Source of the DNA: Candidatus Eiseniibacteriota bacterium
GTDB taxonomy: Bacteria > Eisenbacteria > RBG-16-71-46 > SZUA-252
DNA length: 64,000 nucleotides
NCBI GenBank assembly: GCA_036274595.1
Contig: DASUFL010000087.1
Coordinates: forward strand, 2,348-66,347
Reading direction: 5' to 3'
The notes beneath the pieces were generated by a model. The model saw only the letters and a list, made by a program, of their open reading frames with translations, searched no databases and was not told the DNA's origin. A program made the position numbers and the translations under genes. Below, piece by piece: positions 46,372 to 55,027 of the stretch. Each line of letters starts with the position of its first letter. Positions within the stretch are counted from its first letter, which is position 1.

Positions 46372-46986
46372 TTGTCCCACCTGGCCTGTCCAACACTGGC
46401 GACACCGGGGCCCGAGAGACCAGGAGTGAACGCGTCGACCACACTCGGACGAGTCGTGCCGCAGGCCATCGATAGGACCGACGTCACGCGCGCGCAGGAC
46501 GGTGACACGCGCGCATTCGAGCGGCTCTACCGCAGCCACGTCGCGCGCGTCCACGGACTCGCCCGCCGGATGATCGGCCCCGAGCACGCGGCCGAAGTGA
46601 CCCAGGACGTCTTCGTGAGGGCCTGGGAGAAGCTCGGCACGTTCCGCGGCGAGTCGGCCTTCGGAACGTGGCTCCACCGGGTCGCGGTGAACGTGGTCCT
46701 CCACCGCCGCGCCGCGCTCAAGCTGGAGCGGACGCGGTTCGACGAGGACGAGGAGGCGCTGGACGTCATACCGGCGCCGGTCCGCCACGCGACGGTCGAG
46801 TTCGGCATGGACTTCGACCGCGCCATCGACAAGCTCCCGGACGGCGCGCGCGTGGTGTTCGTGCTCCACGACGTGGAAGGATTCAAGCACGAGGAGATCG
46901 CCGGATTCCTGGGCATCACCTCGGGAACGACCAAGGCGCAGCTCCATCGAGCACGGATGATCCTGCGCCAGCACCTCACACGATGA
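46372..46986 (+). CDS. RNA polymerase sigma-70 factor, ECF subfamily
   Basis: Region 2 (FERLYRSHVARVHGLARRMIGPEHAAEVTQDVFVRAWEKLGTF) and region 4 (DKLPDGARVVFVLHDVEGFKHEEIAGFLGITSGTTKAQLHRARMILRQ). The start may be an internal GTG (46426). Confidence 0.85.
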   Translation: MSHLACPTLATPGPERPGVNASTTLGRVVPQAIDRTDVTRAQDGDTRAFERLYRSHVARVHGLARRMIGPEHAAEVTQDVFVRAWEKLGTFRGESAFGTWLHRVAVNVVLHRRAALKLERTRFDEDEEALDVIPAPVRHATVEFGMDFDRAIDKLPDGARVVFVLHDVEGFKHEEIAGFLGITSGTTKAQLHRARMILRQHLTR

Positions 46987-46999
46987 GACGGAACGAACG

Positions 47000-47698
47000 A
47001 TGAGCGATCGCTACACCGATCTGATCTCGGATTATCTCGACGGCACGCTCGACCCGGGGACGCACCGGCAGGTCGAGCGCCACCTCGCGGGCTGCACCGA
47101 GTGCGCCGCCCTCCTCGCCGATTTCGAGCGCGTCGTCGGACGGGCCCGCGTTCTGGCCGAGGACGACACGCCCCCGGCCGAGGATCTCTGGCCCGGCATC
47201 GAGGCGAGGCTCAGGCGCGCCGCGCAGACGCCGCTCCCGATTCCGGTCACGCTCACCGCGGTGCCGGAGCGCCGCTCGCTCAAACCGAGGATCTCCTTCA
47301 CCCTTCCTCAGCTCGCCGCCGCGTGCCTCGCGGTCGTCGCGCTCTCGGCCGCCGGAGCCTTCTACATCGGCGGCGGTGCGCGCAAGGCCGAGACGACGGC
47401 CCCCGTCGCGCAGCAGCTTCCGGCACCGGCCGCGGCGACCATGACGGAGAGCCAGGACGCCATCAAGGACGTGGAGCGGCTCAAAGAGATTCTCGCGTCG
47501 CGCCGCAACGAGCTCGATCCCGCGACGGTCGCCGCGCTCGAGGGGAGCCTGCGCGCGATCGACATGGCCATCCGCCAGGGACAGCTCGCGCTGGCGGCGG
47601 ATCCCAAGAACCCGTACCTGCGCGACCATCTCGACGACACGATGCGCCGCAAGGTGGACCTCATGCGCCGCGCCACCATGCTCGCGAGCGCGGACTAG
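47000..47698 (+). CDS. zinc-finger anti-sigma factor (ZAS-like, HxxxCxxC), single-pass membrane
   Basis: N-terminal HLAGCTECAALL, a central TM helix (AAACLAVVALSAAGAFYIGG), and a periplasmic C-domain. Lies 13 nt after the sigma gene. Confidence 0.75.
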   Translation: MSDRYTDLISDYLDGTLDPGTHRQVERHLAGCTECAALLADFERVVGRARVLAEDDTPPAEDLWPGIEARLRRAAQTPLPIPVTLTAVPERRSLKPRISFTLPQLAAACLAVVALSAAGAFYIGGGARKAETTAPVAQQLPAPAAATMTESQDAIKDVERLKEILASRRNELDPATVAALEGSLRAIDMAIRQGQLALAADPKNPYLRDHLDDTMRRKVDLMRRATMLASAD

Positions 47699-47720
47699 CG
47701 AACCGGAGACCCCCCACACC

Positions 47721-48698
47721 ATGAGCCTGCCCGTCGTCCTCGCCGCCGCCGCAGTCCTGTCGCTCCAAGCCGACGTCGACACCACGTTCGCCGTGAAGCA
47801 GGGAGCGGCCCTCCAGGTGGAGAACTTCGCCGGCGAGGTCGTCCTGAGCGCCTGGGACAGGAACGCGGTGCGCATTCAGGCCCCCGAGGCGGGCGACGCG
47901 CGCGTGATCGTGAAGCCGACGCCGCGCGGGCTCGTCGTCAAGACGGGCTCCAAGCACATCGCGGCCGGATCCGTCGATCTCAGGATCACCGTGCCTTCGT
48001 GGATGGATCTCGACGTCTCGGGCGTCCAGACCGACGTCACGATCGACGGCGCGCGGGGACGCGTGCGGGTCGCGACGATCCATGGCGACATCGCGGTGTC
48101 GGGCGGGCGCGGGCAGATCGAGCTGAACGCGGTGGATCAGGACATCCACCTGGCGGACGCGTCGGGGGTGGTCGTGTCCGAGACGGTGAACGGCGACCTG
48201 ACGCTCCAGCGAATCGAATCGGACAGCGTGGACGTCTCGACGGTGAACGGGGAGATCTTCTACGAAGGCACTCTCCGGAGCCGCGGCGTCTACCGATTTA
48301 CCAGCCACAACGGCGACATCGCGGTGGCCATCCCCACGACCACGAGCGCCACCGTCAACGTCTCCACCTTCTCCGGCGAGTTCGCCTCCGACTTCCCCGT
48401 CACGCTCCAGGAGTCACGCCCCGGCCGCCGCTACTGCTTCACGCTCGGCAAGGGAGGCGCCCGCGTCGATCTCGAATCCTTTCAGGGAACGATCCACGTC
48501 TTCCGCCCCGGCACCAGAGGGCCCGTCGCCGACGTCGAGAACCAACGGATGGAGCGGCTTCAGGAGCGCATGGAGAAGGTGAAGGAGAAGTTCGAGCAGA
48601 GGAAGCAGGAGTACAAGCACCTGAAGAAGTCCACCAAGGGCGACGACGCTGACGATGACTCCGACTCCGATGACGATGATTCGGAGGATTCGAAGTAA
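47721..48698 (+). CDS. DUF4097 family protein with acidic C-terminal tail
   Basis: Signal peptide, DUF4097-like beta-repeat body (IHGDIAVSGGRGQIELNAVDQDIHLADASG...), Lys/Glu coiled region, and a DDADDDSDSDDDDSEDSK tail. Confidence 0.65.
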   Translation: MSLPVVLAAAAVLSLQADVDTTFAVKQGAALQVENFAGEVVLSAWDRNAVRIQAPEAGDARVIVKPTPRGLVVKTGSKHIAAGSVDLRITVPSWMDLDVSGVQTDVTIDGARGRVRVATIHGDIAVSGGRGQIELNAVDQDIHLADASGVVVSETVNGDLTLQRIESDSVDVSTVNGEIFYEGTLRSRGVYRFTSHNGDIAVAIPTTTSATVNVSTFSGEFASDFPVTLQESRPGRRYCFTLGKGGARVDLESFQGTIHVFRPGTRGPVADVENQRMERLQERMEKVKEKFEQRKQEYKHLKKSTKGDDADDDSDSDDDDSEDSK

Positions 48699-48722
48699 CC
48701 TCTGGGTCGTCGCGGCTTGGCC

Positions 48723-48840
48723 GGCGAGGGGAGGGTATGAGGGTCCTGGACAAGCACGTCCGGCGCTCGCTACCGCACCCCTACACTGGTTTGGTTGGCG
48801 CCGGCGCGAAAGTCCCGGACCCTCATACCCTCCCCTCGCC
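48723..48840. repeat. palindromic intergenic element, copy 2 (perfect 24-bp TIRs GGCGAGGGGAGGGTATGAGGGTCC / GGACCCTCATACCCTCCCCTCGCC)
   Basis: Begins 25 nt after the DUF4097 stop, preceded by CTTGGCC as in copy 1. Loop ends are shared with the other copies. Confidence 0.85.
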
Positions 48841-49015
48841 TCCCATGGCCCCGATAGCCTAGGGGTACGCATCACCGCCCCGTTGTCGTCAGGCGTCGGC
48901 CTGGCCTCGTCGGCGTAGACCTCGGAGCCGGTGAGATGATGACTCCGATGACGGATTCGAGGTAACTGCTAGCTCATCGCGACTGGCTGGAATCGTGGCT
49001 CTCGGGCACTTGGGA

Positions 49016-49133
49016 GGCGAGGGGAGGATGTGAGGGTCCGGGACTTTCGCGCCGGCGCCAACCAAGTCACTGTAGGGGCGCGATAGCGAGCGCCGGACGT
49101 GCTTGTCCAGGACCCTCACATCCTCCCCTCGCC
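49016..49133. repeat. palindromic intergenic element, copy 3, inverted orientation (TIRs GGCGAGGGGAGGATGTGAGGGTCC / GGACCCTCACATCCTCCCCTCGCC)
   Basis: The loop is the reverse complement of copy 2's loop with a few substitutions. Flank GGCCAAG (= CTTGGCC reverse complement) is on the right side. Confidence 0.85.
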
Positions 49134-49167
49134 GGCCAAGTCGCGCGTCAAGCCGCGGTCCCCCCGT

Positions 49168-50886
49168 CTACGTAGAGCTCCTCCGGTACGGCCTGTAGAC
49201 CGGATGCCAGATCATCGCGCGGATGCGCGCCTCGACCGCCGCGGGATCCAGCTCGGGCGCGGCGCCCTCGGATACCAGCGTGGTCCCCACAGCCAGCGCG
49301 ACCCGGAAGGAGATCTCCCGGAGCCTCGACAGCGGGGGGTAGATGGGCGCGCCCGGCCGTCCGCTCTTGTCGGTGCACTCGAAGACCGCGCGGCTCGCGG
49401 CCGCGAAGGCTTCATCGGTGAGACGCCGGGCCTCGACGGCCACGGCTCCCAGCCCCACACCGGGAAAGACGAGCACGTTGTTTCCCTGCCCGATCTCATG
49501 AACGGTTCCGCCGATCTCGACCGGCGAAAACGGGCTCCCCGTTCCGACGACTGCCGCGCCCCCCGTCCAGCCGAGGAGCTCCGCCGGCGTGGCTTCGCTC
49601 TTCGACGTCGGGTTGGAGATCGGGAGGATCACCGGCCGATCGCATTGCCGGAGCATCGCGCGGATGATCGGCTCCGTGAAGGCGCCGGGTTGCCCCGACG
49701 CTCCGACGAGGACGGTCGGGTGGAAGCTGGACACCACTTGCTCCAGGGTCACGGGGCCGTCTCCGACGTGCCCCCAGCTTCGGACCAGCTCGGCCGGCGC
49801 GGCAATCGCCGCCTTCTCGGCCTCGAGACCGGGCCGGTCCGCCACGATGAGCCCTTTCGAATCCAGACATAGGACTCGGGAAGAGAGCTCACGGGAGGGC
49901 ACGCCGGCCTCCGCGAGCGCGCGCCGTACCGCGAGAGCCGAGCCGGCGCCGGACGCGCCGGCTCCGAAGAAAACGATGCGCTCCTCGGCCATCGCGCGGC
50001 CCACCTGGTGGGTGGCGCTCCGGATCCCCGCCGTGACCACCGCGCCCGTTCCCTCGATGTCGTCGTTGAAGGAGAGGATTCGATCTCGATGACGCGAGAG
50101 GACACGGAACGCGTTCCGGCTCGACAGGTCCTCCCACTGGAGGAGCGCGCGCGGGAAGAGGTCGCGGATCGCGTCCACGATCTCGTCGATCAAGGTGTCG
50201 TACTCCCGGCCCCGCGCGCGCCGCCGCGGAACGCCGAGGTAGAGAGGATCGTCGAGGAGCGCCTGATTGTCCGTGCCGACGTCGATGTCGAGTGGCAGGC
50301 AGCGCGACGGATGAAAGCCGCCCCCCGCGGTGTAAAGGGCGAGCTTCCCGATCGGAATCCCCATGCCCCCGACGCCCTGGTCGCCGATGCCGAGGATCGC
50401 CTCGTTGTCGGTCGCCACGATCACGCGCACGTCGGGAAGGGACGCGTGGCGCAGGATCTCGACGACCCGTCCCCGATCTTCGATCGACACGTAGACCCCG
50501 CGCGGGCGGCGATAGATGTGGCTGAACTGCTCGCACACCTTTCCCACCGTCGGCGTATAGACGATCGGGGCCATCTCCTCGAGATGGTCCAGGAGGAGGC
50601 GGTAGAAGAGAGTCTCGTTGCGGTCTTGGAGGGCTGCCAGGAAGAGATAGCGCTGCACGTCGGAGCCCGAGCGGAGGTAGTTCTCGTACGCGCGGGCTCG
50701 CTGCTCTTCCTCGGTCGCGACGCCCGGCGGAAGGAGCCCGTGGAGATGAAACGCCTCTCGCTCTTCCGGTGAGAAGCAGGTCCCCTTGTTGAGGAGGGGG
50801 TCGTCCAACAGCGCTTCCCCCTCCCGGCTCACGGCCCAGTAGGTTTCGCCGGTCCTCTGGTCGGTGCGCTCTTCGAACGGGATCAT
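49168..50886 (-). CDS. NAD(P)-dependent malic enzyme
   Basis: 572 aa. Malic enzyme N-terminal and NAD-binding domains (FNDDIEGTGAVVTAGI, VFFGAGASGAG). Confidence 0.9.
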   Translation of the reverse strand: MIPFEERTDQRTGETYWAVSREGEALLDDPLLNKGTCFSPEEREAFHLHGLLPPGVATEEEQRARAYENYLRSGSDVQRYLFLAALQDRNETLFYRLLLDHLEEMAPIVYTPTVGKVCEQFSHIYRRPRGVYVSIEDRGRVVEILRHASLPDVRVIVATDNEAILGIGDQGVGGMGIPIGKLALYTAGGGFHPSRCLPLDIDVGTDNQALLDDPLYLGVPRRRARGREYDTLIDEIVDAIRDLFPRALLQWEDLSSRNAFRVLSRHRDRILSFNDDIEGTGAVVTAGIRSATHQVGRAMAEERIVFFGAGASGAGSALAVRRALAEAGVPSRELSSRVLCLDSKGLIVADRPGLEAEKAAIAAPAELVRSWGHVGDGPVTLEQVVSSFHPTVLVGASGQPGAFTEPIIRAMLRQCDRPVILPISNPTSKSEATPAELLGWTGGAAVVGTGSPFSPVEIGGTVHEIGQGNNVLVFPGVGLGAVAVEARRLTDEAFAAASRAVFECTDKSGRPGAPIYPPLSRLREISFRVALAVGTTLVSEGAAPELDPAAVEARIRAMIWHPVYRPYRRSST

Positions 50887-50956
50887 GGGCGGAGTATAGG
50901 GGCGCGGTTCGTCCGTGAAACGGTGGCCGGAGGTAGCATCGTCGTCCCGGTCGTGG

Positions 50957-51424
50957 TCAGGGAATCGCGCACTCCTTCCCCGCCATGCGGCGAAGCAGAC
51001 CGGCCTGGCCGATGTGGTACGCCTCGTGGAACTGTAGAAAATGGAGCTTGTCCGCGAGCGTGTCGTCGCCGCGCTTCTCGAGGAGTCCCTCGTCGCTCAG
51101 CCGCGCGAGACCGGCCTGGACCCGCTCCTGCGAGCGTCGGAAGTCGGCCACGATCGACTCGAACGGAAGCGAGTCCTGGGCGCCCTGCACGGGCCGGGAG
51201 CCTCGCTTGAAGCGGTCGTTCCGGTCGGCGTCCCACACTTGCGCCTCGCCCAGGAGATCGAGAATCGCGCCCCGGCTCGCCACGATGTGGGCCGCGACCC
51301 AGTTGAGGCAGTTTCCCCCGGCCGGCGGCTGCACCAGGCTGTCCTCGTGGCTCAGCCCTTTCACGTTCACCCCGAACGCGTAGGCGTCGATCTCGAAGAG
51401 GCGCTGAAGCTGGCGAAGGCTCAC
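50957..51424 (-). CDS. DinB_2/DUF664 family (four-helix-bundle metal-dependent) protein
   Basis: 155 aa with HxxxH-type spacing (WVAAHIVASRG ... FHEAYHIGQAGLL). Confidence 0.6.
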   Translation of the reverse strand: MSLRQLQRLFEIDAYAFGVNVKGLSHEDSLVQPPAGGNCLNWVAAHIVASRGAILDLLGEAQVWDADRNDRFKRGSRPVQGAQDSLPFESIVADFRRSQERVQAGLARLSDEGLLEKRGDDTLADKLHFLQFHEAYHIGQAGLLRRMAGKECAIP

Positions 51425-51437
51425 GACGGCTCCTTTC

Positions 51438-52028
51438 TCAGGTGACGGGACGCGACGTGCGGACTCCGCCGAACACGCGCTTCAAGAGGCGATAGATCAG
51501 GATCAGGGCCACGATGGCCAGGACGAGCAGGATCGCGGTCAGGACCAGTGTGAGCACGGGATGCGTGGCCGCGAGCCAGGCGAGGCCGATCGCGATCACG
51601 TCCTCCGTGGTGCTCAGGATGCCGTTCGAGATGGGCTCGGGGCTCGTGTTGACCGCCGCGCGCGCGGACGCCTTGGTTCCATGCGAGGTCAGGGCGACGC
51701 CCCCCGCGACGAGCGCGGCCGCGACGCGCCAGGGCTCGTCGATGCCCGCCACCGCGGCGTAGGCGAGGATCGCGGCCGCCGGGGGACGGATGAACGTGTG
51801 AACAGCGTCCCATACGTTGTCGAAGAAGGGCACCTTGTCCGCCACGAACTCCACGACGAACAGAACGAGGGCGAGGCCGATCACGACCGGATGGCCGAGC
51901 GCGGCGAGCGACGGCGGCAGCGTGGCGACGTGGAACCGCTGAAGGAGGCCCAGCGTCGCGACGGTGGCGTAGAGATTGAGTCCGGCCGCGAACGAGGTGC
52001 CCGCGACCAGCCCCATCCACTCGGTCAT
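51438..52028 (-). CDS. DUF4126 family membrane protein
   Basis: 196 aa with multiple TM helices. Sequence pattern (…FVADKVPFFDNVWDAVHTFIRPPAAAI…) is typical of DUF4126. Confidence 0.55.
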   Translation of the reverse strand: MTEWMGLVAGTSFAAGLNLYATVATLGLLQRFHVATLPPSLAALGHPVVIGLALVLFVVEFVADKVPFFDNVWDAVHTFIRPPAAAILAYAAVAGIDEPWRVAAALVAGGVALTSHGTKASARAAVNTSPEPISNGILSTTEDVIAIGLAWLAATHPVLTLVLTAILLVLAIVALILIYRLLKRVFGGVRTSRPVT

Positions 52029-52043
52029 CGCTCGGCTCCGGCG

Positions 52044-52442
52044 CTAGCCCTGCCGCGCTTCCCCGCGGCGCACGATGGCGAACGCGATCAGCGCGACGAC
52101 GAAGAAGACGAGGAGCGCCCACGCCACGCCCTGGAGCGTCTGGATGATGGTCCGGTAGATCTCGAGCCCCATGGAGGGTCCGTCGAGCGGCAGGGTCTTC
52201 ATGGCCTGGTCGGGGCCAAAGCGCTCTGGATGGACGTACTGCTCGAGCTTCCAGATCTGCACGCCGTTCGAGATGCCGACCACGAACACCGCGAACAGGA
52301 GGAAGCGTTGCCATCCCTCGGCGATCTGCTCGCCGATGACGCGGTCCAGGATCTGGCGGATCGGCTTCCGGAAGAGGAGGACGACGAGCCCCGCGGTGGC
52401 GAGCGCGACGAAGAGCGTGAGGAGAAGGAGGACGAAGAACAT
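52044..52442 (-). CDS. hypothetical small membrane protein (3-4 TM)
   Basis: 132 aa, hydrophobic. Tightly spaced with the DUF4126 and DinB genes. Confidence 0.45.
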   Translation of the reverse strand: MFFVLLLLTLFVALATAGLVVLLFRKPIRQILDRVIGEQIAEGWQRFLLFAVFVVGISNGVQIWKLEQYVHPERFGPDQAMKTLPLDGPSMGLEIYRTIIQTLQGVAWALLVFFVVALIAFAIVRRGEARQG

Positions 52443-52564
52443 CGATTCCCTTTCGATGGGGTCTTGGGCTGGACGCCAGGCAGGAGTCTAGCCGAGAGTC
52501 GGCTTCCCGGCGTAGAGTTGCTTCTCAGCTCCCGAAAGACGGGACGACCCGAACGGAGGATCCC

Positions 52565-52942
52565 ATGACGGCAACTCCCGCTATGGCGCACGCCGCATCG
52601 CGCCGCTTCGGCCGCTCCGCGGCCATTCTCGCCGCCGCGCTCCTTGTCTCGGTCGCGGGCTGCAAGGGCGCCACTCCGATCCACGATCTCCTCGCCAACG
52701 CGGCCGCGCAGGACGGCAAGACCGTGCGCATCGCCGGCAAGGTCGAGAACTCCGCGGGGGCGTTCGGCTACGCCGTCTACCGTGTGAATGACGGCACCGG
52801 CAAGATCGACGTGGTGGCCAAGACCGGCGGCGCCCCCGCCCAAGGAGCCGAAGTCGGGGTGGAGGGCACGTTCCGCCAAGCCTTCACGATCGGCACCGAC
52901 GTGGTAGCCGTCATCGAAGAAAGCAAGCGATCCTCCCGTTGA
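52565..52942 (+). CDS. hypothetical lipoprotein (OB-fold-like small secreted protein)
   Basis: Lipobox SVAGC; beta-rich body (KTVRIAGKVENSAGAFGYAVYRVNDGTGKIDVV). Confidence 0.5.
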   Translation: MTATPAMAHAASRRFGRSAAILAAALLVSVAGCKGATPIHDLLANAAAQDGKTVRIAGKVENSAGAFGYAVYRVNDGTGKIDVVAKTGGAPAQGAEVGVEGTFRQAFTIGTDVVAVIEESKRSSR

Positions 52943-53087
52943 GCGCCAAGGCGAGCCAGGCGATCCGCCCTTGATTCAACCACCATGGGAGGGACGGAGA
53001 GGCGATGACCGGAGGGCGCCTCACAGTCGCGCGAAGCGCGACATGTGCCGCGCCCGGAGGTTATCGCCTCTCCGTCCCGGCCCATAA

Positions 53088-53975
53088 ATGGATAAAGCCA
53101 AGCCCGGCATAGCCAGGCTAGAAATCGCAATCACAGCGATCCTGTTCTCACTCGGCGGCGCAGGCATCAAGGCCTGCTCGCTCACGAGCTGGCAGATCGC
53201 CATGTTCCGCTCCGCCATCGCGGCCGTGATGTTCCTCGTGTTCCTTCCGGAGTCCCGTCGAGGCTGGACGCGCTGGACCTGGATCGTGGGCGCGGGCTAC
53301 GCATCCACGATGCTGCTCTTCGTGATCGCGAACAAGCTCACGACCTCGGCGAACACGATCTTTCTCCAGTCGACGGCGCCACTCTACGTGCTGCTGCTCG
53401 CGCCCTGGCTGCTCCGGGAGCGGAACCGGGCGTCCGATTTCCTGGTCATGGCGCTCCTCGCCGTGGGGCTCTGTCTCTTCTTCGTCGGGCACGAGAACCC
53501 GTGGCGCACCGCGCCCGATCCGCTGCGCGGGAACGTGCTCGCGGCCATCTCGGGCGTCTCCTGGGCGCTCACCATCATGGGAATGAGGCTCCTCGGCCGC
53601 GAGAGCCACGACGCCCCGAACCCGACCGTGCCCGCGGTCCTCGTTGGAAACCTGATCGCCGTCATCGTCTCTCTCCCGTTCGCGGTCCCGGTTCCCGCGC
53701 TGGGCCGCGTGGACGCTCTCGTCCTGCTCGGGCTCGGGACGGTGCAGATCGGACTCGCCTATGTCTTCCTCACGCGCGGGATCCGGAGCGTTCCCGCCTT
53801 CGAGGCGATGGTGATCCTGCTCCTCGAGCCGGCGCTCAACCCCGTATGGTCGTGGCTCGTGCACGGCGAGCGGCCGGGTGGATGGGCGATCGTGGGGGGC
53901 GTTCTGATCCTGGGAGCGAGCGCGCTCAAGACCTGGAACGACGCCCGGCTCGCGCCCGAGATCCCTCCAGCGTGA
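53088..53975 (+). CDS. EamA/DMT superfamily transporter
   Basis: 295 aa, 10 TM, two EamA-like halves. Confidence 0.75.
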   Translation: MDKAKPGIARLEIAITAILFSLGGAGIKACSLTSWQIAMFRSAIAAVMFLVFLPESRRGWTRWTWIVGAGYASTMLLFVIANKLTTSANTIFLQSTAPLYVLLLAPWLLRERNRASDFLVMALLAVGLCLFFVGHENPWRTAPDPLRGNVLAAISGVSWALTIMGMRLLGRESHDAPNPTVPAVLVGNLIAVIVSLPFAVPVPALGRVDALVLLGLGTVQIGLAYVFLTRGIRSVPAFEAMVILLLEPALNPVWSWLVHGERPGGWAIVGGVLILGASALKTWNDARLAPEIPPA

Positions 53976-55027
53976 CACGCCGGCGGAAGACGCTCCTCGC
54001 GCTCCTCGCGATCGTCCTCGCCGCCCTGGTCTGGCTCTTCCTTCCCACGGACTGGAACCCGCCTTCCGCGCGGGCGCGCCCGGCCCTGAGCCGGGCCGAC
54101 GCGATCGAGAGGCTGCATCGCCTCGAAGCGCTCGATGATTCGGTGCCGCTCTATCCCCCGTGCCGCACGATGGTCCTCGACCATGGGGTGAGGACGGAGC
54201 GCGCGTACGTGCTGCTGCACGGCTTCACGAACTGCCCGCGCCAATTCGGGGCCCTCGCCCAGCTCCTCTACGACGACGGCGCCAACGTGCTCGTTCCGCG
54301 CATGCCGCGACACGGGCTCGCGAACGCGTCGCCCCACGTGCTCGCCGATCTCACGGCGGACGAGCTCACAAGGGCCGCGGGAGAAGCCGTCGACATCGCG
54401 CGCGGTCTCGGAAAGCGAGTCACCGTGGTCGGGCTCTCCTCGAGCGCCGTGGCCGCGGCTTGGCTGGCGCAAGAGCGGGCTGATCTCGACCAGGTCCTCC
54501 TGATCGCGCCGTCGTTCGCGCCGAAGGGCGTGCCGGAGGACCTCGCGATCCCGCTCTCGAACGCGCTCCTTCGCGTTCCCGACGTCTTCGTCGCCTGGGA
54601 TCCGAAGCACGAGCGGCCCGACGGGCCGAAGTCGGCGTATGCCGGGTTCTCGACGCACGCCCTCGCAAGGGTGTATGCGCTCGGCGCGCGCGTCCTCGAG
54701 TCAGGCCCCCCGGCGCCGGGCACGCGGGTGCTCGTCGTCACGACGCCGCACGACGAAGGGGTGAACAACGAGGTCGTCCTGGAGCTGGTGAAGCGGTGGG
54801 CCGAGCGAGGCGTGGACGTGCGGTCGTTCGAGTTCCCGGCCGCGGCATGGGTGCGCCACGATATGATCGATCCGGAGCAGCCGTACCAGCGTGTGGCGGT
54901 CGTCTATCCCCTGCTTCGGAAGCTGCTCGAGACCGGGCGTATACCGACGCTCGCCGACTCGGTCGCCTACGGTGCAGACTCGACCCGCGCCGCGAACGCG
55001 GGTCAGGCGGGCGCGGCTCCTCCGTAG
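53972..55027 (+). CDS. alpha/beta hydrolase fold protein, membrane-anchored
   Basis: GTG start overlapping the EamA stop (GTGA). N-terminal TM helix (LLALLAIVLAALVWLFL). HG motif (YVLLHGFTNCP) and nucleophile elbow-like GLSSS. Confidence 0.55.
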   Translation: MTRRRKTLLALLAIVLAALVWLFLPTDWNPPSARARPALSRADAIERLHRLEALDDSVPLYPPCRTMVLDHGVRTERAYVLLHGFTNCPRQFGALAQLLYDDGANVLVPRMPRHGLANASPHVLADLTADELTRAAGEAVDIARGLGKRVTVVGLSSSAVAAAWLAQERADLDQVLLIAPSFAPKGVPEDLAIPLSNALLRVPDVFVAWDPKHERPDGPKSAYAGFSTHALARVYALGARVLESGPPAPGTRVLVVTTPHDEGVNNEVVLELVKRWAERGVDVRSFEFPAAAWVRHDMIDPEQPYQRVAVVYPLLRKLLETGRIPTLADSVAYGADSTRAANAGQAGAAPP

